Shown: piece by piece, positions 1-10,000 of the stretch | Position numbering within the stretch: the stretch's first letter is position 1 | Layout: every line of letters starts with the position of its first letter | From: Myxococcota bacterium | GTDB lineage: Bacteria; Myxococcota_A; Polyangia; Nannocystales; Nannocystaceae | Assembly: GCA_039028615.1 (NCBI GenBank) | Contig: JBCCHT010000002.1 | Location: 64,001-128,000 of the forward strand | Reading direction: 5' to 3' | DNA: 64,000 bases | Program-made: the position numbers and the translations under genes | Notes under the pieces: model-generated | Database searches by the model: none | Seen by the model: the letters and a program-made list of their open reading frames with translations, nothing else | What the model was told of the DNA's origin: nothing

Positions 1-110
1 TGGTCCTCGAAGGCGCGGTCGTGCGGCCCGAAGACCGCGATGCCGTCGGCCCGAAGCGACCCCACTACGATGTGCTGCTCAAGTTTGCAGCCCGCCTCGG
101 CAACCACTGA
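1..110 (+). CDS. 3' end of a CDS truncated by the window edge (...VLEGAVVRPEDRDAVGPKRPHYDVLLKFAARLGNH*), product unknown
   Basis: Frame from nt 3 is open with GC3-rich codons and ends at TGA 108-110, upstream of a terminator. Confidence 0.45.
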   Translation, partial: VLEGAVVRPEDRDAVGPKRPHYDVLLKFAARLGNH

Positions 111-192
111 CGGCCCACGGGGTGAACCCGGCGTTGTCGGACTGCCGTTCGACCCCGGACGACCAGACCCGGGACTCCCCCGACCCAGACCC

Positions 193-228
193 AAAGGAAG
201 CCGGCCCCACGTGGCCGGCTTCCTTTTT
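193..228 (+). terminator. Rho-independent terminator
   Basis: AAAGGAAGCCGGCC-ccacgt-GGCCGGCTTCCTTT followed by TT. Confidence 0.85.
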
Positions 229-284
229 CAATGGGTGCCCCCAGGGGCTGGTCTCGGCCGGGTCGAGACGATAGTCTCCGGTCC

Positions 285-2041
285 GTGTTTTCCGCGCTGA
301 TCATCGATGCCGACGAAGCTGCCAACGCAAGCATTCGAGGCGCGTTGACCCCCTACGGGTTCGAGTTCACCGCAACACAGGATGCCTCGGAGGCGATGAG
401 TCTGGCCAAGACCGCGACTCCAGACATCATCTTCTTGCGGGTCGAGCTTCCCAACGTCTCCGGCTTTTCGGTGTGCAACAAGCTGCGGCGCAACGACGAG
501 ACCAAGTACATCCCGCTGGTGATGTACGCCTCGGACGTCTCCGCCGACGTCTTCGATCAACATCGCAACCTCAAGACCCACGCCGACGACTACCTCAAGC
601 TTCCGCTGGGTGACCAAGACCTGGTCGCCTCGGTCAGCGGCATCATGGAGCTGCCCGCGCCGGGCGTCGTCCAGACCGGCGCGCCCGAGGTCGAGATCGA
701 CGCGGGCGAGAGCCTCGAGGTCGAAATCATCGACGATGTCGTCGACCCCGGCGACAGCGTCGGCCTCGAGATGTCCGAGTTCGAGGACGAATTCGCCGAG
801 ATGGAGGACGCCTCCTCGCAGTCGCAGCCGGAAGGTCAGTCCGAGGACATCGCCGAAGAGATGGACGCGGCGTTCGACGGCCTGCTCGACGGGCCGACCC
901 AAGCCGCGCCCGAACCCGAGCCCGAGCCCGTCGTCGAAGCGGCACCCGAGCCCGAGCCCGAGCCGGCACCGCCGCCGATCACCCAGGCCGCGCCCGAGCC
1001 AGAGCCCGAGCCCGTCGTCGAGGCAGCGCCCGAGCCCGAGCCCGAGCCGGAACCCTCGGCCAGCAGCTCCAGCAGCGAGTTCAAGGCGCAGCGCGAGGTC
1101 ATCTCGCTCAAGAGCCAGCTCAACGCCAAGAAGCGCGAGATCCTCGCGCTGAAAGACGAGCTCGAAGGCCACGAGCGCGGGGTCCTCGACGCCAAGCACA
1201 AAAACCGCGAGCTCCAGACCCAGCTGAGCGAGCTCGAGGAGAAGCTGCTCGGCGCCGAAGAGCAGGTCATCACCGCGCACGAGCAAGCCGAAGCGGCCAA
1301 CCGTGACAAGAACACGGTGCTCAAGCGCGAAGAGGGCCTCAAGCTGCGGCTCGAAGGTACCCAGAAGAAGGTCAAAGACCTCGAGACGGCCGGCGACGAG
1401 CTGCGCGAGCAGCTGAGCGAAGCGCAGGAGAGCGCACAAAAGAAGATCGCCGGGCTGCATCGCGAGCTGGAAGCGGCCGAGGGCGAGCTCGCGGCCGCGC
1501 GCCAAGACGCCGAGGACACCAGCAAGCAGGTCGACGAGATCACCTCGCAGGTCGAGGCCGCCATGGCGACCAACACCGAGCTGACCGAGTCGCTGAACCA
1601 AGAAAAAGAGCGCGCCACCGGGCTCGAAGAGCGCATCAGCGGCCTCGAAGGCGAGCTGAACACGGCGGGCGAGACCCTGGTCGAGGCCAAGCGCCAGGCC
1701 GAGCAGGACATCGAGGAAGCCAAGGCGGCCGCGGCCACCGAAAAAGAGGAAGCCCTGGCCGCGCAGGCCAAGGAGCACCAGGCCGAGCTCGAGTTCGAAG
1801 AGACCCAGCACCGCTCCAAGCACGACAAGATCCGCGAGGAACTCGACGCGGCGAAAGCCGAGCACGCCGAGACCAAGCTCGCCGCCGAAGGCGTCGAGTC
1901 CTCGCTGCGTGACGAGCTGCAGCGCACGCGCACCGAGCTCGAGCAGGCTCAGGCCGAGCTCGACTCGCGCAAGAGCAACGAGCACCGGGCCCAGCAGGCC
2001 CTCGCCGTCGCCCTTCGGGTGCTCGACGGGCAACCCACCCC

Positions 2042-2045
<4 letters not shown>
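285..2045 (+). CDS. FrzS/AglZ-family pseudo-receiver + acidic/Pro linker + long coiled-coil protein
   Basis: Receiver-like N-terminus with DIIFLRVEL (Arg where the phospho-Asp belongs) and [12 protein letters not shown] (cf. FrzS QHRKLKAHADEY); heptad-rich C-terminal half. GTG start at 285 chosen; ORF is open from 231. Confidence 0.8.
897..1049 (+). repeat. Tandem 84-nt duplication encoding [23 protein letters not shown] twice
   Basis: Units start at 897 and 981 and differ mainly at synonymous positions. Confidence 0.8.
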
Positions 2046-3955
<1,910 letters not shown>

Positions 3956-4015
3956 GAGCGTAGCTCATATCTAACCACCGGGAGGCGGGACGTCGTAAGC
4001 TCGGGGAGGCTGCCC

Positions 4016-7000
4016 ATGGACTCGCCCCCGCCCTTCTCTGCGCTGCCTCTCGACGAGCAGCTCCGGCAGCTCGAGGCCGCGCTCGAACGAGGCGAGGACC
4101 CGCGGCAGCTGCTCCGCACCTGCGCGGGGGTTCGCGACCATGCGCCGCTGGCCTGGCTCGCCCGACGACTGCTCGAGCGCGACTGGCTACGCGGGGAAGA
4201 CGAGCGAGCGTGGACGGCCGGCTTCCTGCTCGAGCAACCGGAGACCGCGGTCGACCGCGTGCTCAAAGCCTGGGTCGGCGACGGCAGCTTCACCAAGCGC
4301 CGCGGCGACCCGCTGCAAGACACGCTGCTCGCCGTGTTGCAGCAGGTGGGCGTCGACCGGGTCTCGGTGATGTGCCTGGTCGACCGCGCCCTCAAGCACA
4401 ACTTCAGCGAAGCCCGCGACGCTCACGTCGAAGCGCTCACCGCCCGCTGTGCCGAGGCGCTCGCCGCCGGCCGGGTGGACGACGTCGGGATCGACCAGCT
4501 CGCCCAGGTGTCTTCGCCCGGCATCGCGACCTTGCGAGCCCGCGCCGCCGAGCATGGCCCGCAGACGGCCGAGGCCCTCCACGAGACGCTGAAGCAGCTG
4601 GCGCGGCGGACCCTCGAGGTGTTGGGGCAGGCCCCCAAGGCAGTGTCGCAAGCCAACGCCGAGGAGCTGCTGTCCAAGCGCGTCTACACCGACCCCGGGC
4701 ACTTCTTGGTCGAGCTGCTGCAGAACGCCGAAGACGCGGGTGCACGCACGTTTCGGCTGCGCTTCGGACCGCGACGCATCGAGGTCTGGCACGACGGCAA
4801 GCCCTTCGACACGCGCGACGTCGTGGGCGTGACCTCGATCGGCCAGACCACCAAGCGCAAGCAACAGATCGGGTTCTTCGGCGTCGGCTTCAAGTCGATC
4901 TACGAGATCACCGATCGGCCCCAGATCTACTCGGACGTCTACTGCTTCGAGATCGCCGACGTCTCGATTCCCAAGTCGCTCGCGGGCCGACCGAGCACGG
5001 TGTCGCCGGACGGCACCGTCTTGGTGCTGCCGCTGCGCGCCCCCGACGACCCCGAGCGCTCGCCCGAGCAGCTGTTCGGCAAGGCGCGCGACCTCGATGC
5101 GATCGTGCTGTTCACGCTGCGACGGATCGACGTCATCGATCTGGAGCTCGAAGCCGCCGACGGCACCATCACCAAGCACTCCGTGCACGAGCTGGCCCCC
5201 GACGAGCGCGGGGTGTCACGGATCCGCCAGCAGCCGCAGGGATGGGTCCGTGGCTACGCGGTGCACGACGCCGAGCACGTCTACCGCGGCGGGCTACGAG
5301 CCCCGGGCCGGGCCGATCGAACCCGGGTGATGGTGGGCGTTCGCGTCGACGAGGAGGGGGTGCCGCGAGCCCTCGAGCCCGACACGCCGACCGTCTACAG
5401 CTACCTGCCCACCGAGGAGCACTCGGGCCTGCGCTTCTTCGTGCAAGGGCACTTCGATGTCCCCGTCGACCGCGAGCGGGTCACGCAGGACTCGCGCTGG
5501 AACGAGTGGATCCTGAGTATGGTGCCGCAGGGGCTCGCGTCGCTGGCGGAGCAGCTCACCGCCGATCTGCCCGTCGAGACCCGGGCTCGCGTGGCGGAAG
5601 GCTTCCTGGGTGTCCTGCCCCTGATGAGCGAGCTCGGCTCGCCGATCTTCCGCCGCATCGTGCTGGGATTGAGGGCCGCGTTCGCGTCGATGGCCATCGT
5701 GCCCTGCGAAGACGGCTCCCTGCAGCCCGCCGCCTCCATCCTTCATACGGAAGAAGAGCTCGCCGCGCTCTACGAGGGTGAGCCGGTGCGGCTCGACGGC
5801 ACCGTGCGCTACCTGGCGCTGCGGCAGCTGCCACCGCGGGCGATCGAAGTGGCCAGCATGCTCGGGGCGAGTCGGCTACGGGTGGGCGACCTGGTGGATG
5901 AACTCGATCGCTGCCTGTCCGAGTGCTCCGATGGTTCGCGCAGCGAGGACTCGGCCGCGCCCATCTTCCTGCGCGAGCCGACGTCCGCTCGGCTCGCGGC
6001 GTGCTACGAAGTGCTCGATGGCGCGGTCATGCGTCGTACCGGGGCCGGCCCGCGGCGACTCGCCGACCTGAGCACCATGCGACGGCTTCGAGCGCTGCCC
6101 CTCGTGCTCTCGGAACGCGAGGCCCTGTATCGACCCGGGTCGGCCATCGTGCGCGCCGACCCGGCGCTCCGGGAGATCTACGAGGGGCTGCGGGCGTTCG
6201 TCCATCCCGACCACGACGCCGCCGTCGACCCCGAAGACCCAGCTCGCGCCACGACCACCGCGTTCCTCGAGCGCCTCGGCGTGCACTGCCTGTCGGTCCG
6301 CGACCTCGTCGACGAGCTCCACTCGCAGCTCGGGTCGCGTACCGAGCCCATCGCCGACCTCGCACAGACCCGCTTCCCTGGCACGCCGCAGAGGCTCGCC
6401 GCCGCCATCGCCCTGCTCGCCGAGGCCTCGACCCCGCTCCAACGCCGCGCCGCTCGGCTGCCGATCTTTGCCGCGCGGGACGGCCGGTACTACCCCGCCG
6501 CGCGCAGCCCCAGCGATCGAAACGGCGTCCTGCTCTACGAGCCGGGCGGCATCGGGACGGCGCTGCTCGAGTACTACGGCCACGAGCGTCCGGTCTGTGC
6601 TCCCGACGAAGACGACCCCGCGCTGAGCCTGCTGCAGAGCGCTCGAACCCCGGCGTTGTCCCTCGTTTCGTTGGTGGCCGACCTCCGTGACCGCGCCCCT
6701 TCGCTGGACGACGATGCCCTCGAGCGGCTGCATGCTCTGCTCGAAACCCTGCAGGACGAAGTCCCCGACCGCACCCGCCGCGAGCTGGCCAAGCTGCCGA
6801 TCTGGCCCGACACCCACGGTGTCCGGCGACCGCTCATCGGAGACGATGCGGTGCGGATCCCAGCTTCGCCTGCGATCGCAGCCCTGCTGCCCGCCCTGCC
6901 CCTGTTGCACCCTCGCGTGCTCGCCCGGACCCACGCCCGCGAGATGGGTGGGGACGTCGTCGGCATCGAGGCCTTGTTGGACGCGCTCGCCCCCGAGGCC

Positions 7001-10000
7001 GAGGCTCCCCTGCGCATCGAGCCGACGCCCGCCTCCGTCACCGCGGTGCTCGAGATCCTGCGAGAGGACAAGGACTCCATCTCGCCGCGCATGCGGGCGC
7101 GACTGGTCGAGGTCCCCGCCTTTCTGGACGATACGAACACGCCGTGCCGACTCGATCAGCTCGCGCTGGCCGAAGACGCATCGCTACGCCAGGTCTACGC
7201 CCACTGGCCCGCCCGGCGCTTCGTCGACCCCGAGTCCCTCAGCCGCACCGCCATCACCGAGCTGGATCTCGACGGCCGCCTCACCCGCGCCAAGACCGAG
7301 ACGCTGGTCGACGACCTCGCGGGCGTCTCGGCGCAGCTCGCCGGTCGCGTGGTGCACGGCGATTCCACGGACGAGCCTCTGCCCTTCGTTCACGACGGTG
7401 AGCACCTGCGCTCGGTCTTGCAGTACTGCGCCGCGCGGGCGACTGCGCTGCCGCGTGCCGCCCTGTTGCGCCTGTGCCAAGTCGCGATCATCCCCGATAC
7501 CCAGGGTGCGCTCGGGCTGCTCGGCGATGCGCGGCGCCCCGACACCGGGTCCGAAGTCTACGCCTGCGCCCCTTCGCTTCGACCGACCTTCTCGCTGATG
7601 GGCAGCCGAATCCTGGCGCCGTGGGCCGACGAGATACTCGGCCCGCTGCTCGAGGCGGCGGGTCGCGAGGCGCTCGACATCGTGGCTCTGGTCGCTCGAT
7701 TGAAGGCGCTGCCGCCCGTAGCCCCGAGCGAAGAGCGAGCGCCCGCCCAGACGCCCGAGGCGCTCGCGATCATCCACCAAGCACTGGTCGAAGGGGCCTC
7801 CGTCCTCGCCCATCATCACCCGCCCGAGCCACGCCCCGGCCTCGCCCCCAGCAGCCGAGTCTTGGGCGCACTCGCGATCTGGCCGACCCGCGCGGGTGGG
7901 GTGACCACGGCCGAGCACGTCGTCGACGACGATGCCCTGCAGACCCTGCTGCCCACCACTGGCCCAGCCCGACAGCGGCTGAAGGCGGCCACGCTCGACC
8001 CCGAGGCGACGGTCCGACTACGCGCGCTGGCTCCGTTGGTGGTGCCGACGTCCGCGTCGCACTTCGTGGCCGAGCTCGTCGAAGCCATGGCGCGACCCGG
8101 CCTGCCGCTGCATGAGCAGGACCCGATGCTCTCCGACCCGCTCCGGTTGGCGCAGCTGTATGCGTTCATCGGCCCCGACGCGCCGGTTCACCCCGCGGTG
8201 GACTCGACCGGTCGCCTGCGGCTGCACCCGCTGGTCCGAGCCCTGCCCGACACCGTCGCGCTGGCCGAGGGCACCGACCTGGCCGAGCGCCTGCTGCACC
8301 CGGCCATGGCCACGGCCCTGCCCGAAGACCTGCCCTTCGACTCCTTGCGCCCCGATGAGCTGGTCGGAGCCCTCATCGGCGATCACCTCGATCCGGGGCC
8401 CATGCAGGAGCACCCGCGGCTGACCGATGCCAAGCGACGGCAGCGCTTCTACGCCTGGCTGGTCGACCACGAGTCGGCCGTGTTCACCGATCCCGACGCC
8501 CGCGTTCGACTGCGCTCGCAGCCCTTGTTTCCCACCGACCGCGGCACCTTGCGCTCGGCCGATCAACTCGTGGTCGACCCCGATCTGCCGCAGCTCGACG
8601 TCGACTGGACGCCGCATCCCGAGCTCCCGGCCCAGACGCTGAGCCTGCTCGTGCGCCACCTGGGGATCGGTCGGCCTCCCGTCGAGGATCTGGTCGCCGA
8701 TCACCTCGCCCCCGCCTACCGCACCGCGGCCGCGCGCGGCGATGGCCCGGGCGCGGCGCGGCTGCTCGAGTACCTCGCCCGCTCCACCTCCAGCGTCCCC
8801 GGGTCGTTGATCCAAGCCTTGATCTCGATCGAAGGCCCCGCGCTGGTCGAGGGCTCCCATGGTCACTTCGTGGATGCGACCGGCCTGCTGCTCCCGCCCA
8901 CCGAGCTGGTGACCGCCGTCGAGTCGGTGTTCGGGACCAACCATCCGCCGCCGCATCCCCGCCTCACCGAGGCCACCCATGGGCTGCTGCGTACCCTCGG
9001 TGTGCCTTCCGTGCCCCCGCATGCGTGGGTCGCCGAAGCGATGCGCGCGGGCGTGGCCTCGGTCGCCGCCGCGTCGGGCCTGGCCCTGCTGGTCGCCTAC
9101 CTGCACCGCGACGATCCCGAGGGCACGCTCGAGCAGCTCCCGCTCACCGAGGTCCCGTGGCTGCTCGACGGCAACGGCATCACCCGACGACCGAGCGCGC
9201 TGTTTCACTGGACCGCCGAAGTGCAGGCCCTGGTCGGCGAAGACCCGAGCCTCTACCCCGCGCCACAGATAAGCCGCATCGTCGGTGAAGCCCTCATGGC
9301 GCGCCTGGGGCTACGTAACGTCTCCGACGTCCGCCTGCCCGAGGTCGTCGCCCACATCGACGCCAGCCGTAAACGCAGCGCCCCCGTGCCCTTCCGGGTG
9401 TACCAGTGGCTCGAGCGCGGCCTGGTCGAGGGCTGGCTCGACGGCGCTCAGCTGCGCGCGAGCTTGAGCGACCGCGCCTGGATCTGCAGCGACGACGGCG
9501 AGTACCACCCGCATGCCCGGGTGCTCGGCGTTCGGGCCCTCGAGCAGTTCGGCCAACGGCGCGGCTACTGGGAGCGCGGCCGCCAGCAGTGCCCCGCCCT
9601 GTGCCGCATCTTCGCCATCGCCACTCAGGTCGACTCCACTGCTCTCCTGGCCTTCTTGGAGGAAGTGGCTCACGACGCTCGGCTGAAGGGCGACGCTTCG
9701 CTGCTCGCGGACGAGCCCGCGCTGCCCCGCATGCTCCTGCGAGCCTACGCCGCGCTCGGAGCCGACGAGGAAGCGCAGGCGGGTGGCCTCGTGCTGTGCC
9801 GTCAGTGTGGCGGGGAAGACTCGGGCGCCCTCGCGCTTCGGCCCTTCGAAGACCCCCTGGTCCTGCGTAGCGACGCGCCCGCGCTCGAGGCGATGTTCTC
9901 CGCCGCGGGTACCTTCTTCGTCGCCGCTCCTGGTTCTCTGGAGGACCGCGCGGCCATCGACAGCTACTACCAACGCGGCGGCCTGGCCCGCTTGCGCGAG

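Noticed and set aside
111..192. Short GACC(C)AGACCC repeats before the first terminator; possible sRNA
   Set aside because: Only two short imperfect copies in GC-rich DNA and no identifiable RNA structure.
228..2033. 601-aa minus-strand ORF
   Set aside because: Antisense shadow of the FrzS-like gene; such open frames are expected from high-GC codon bias and it has no motifs.
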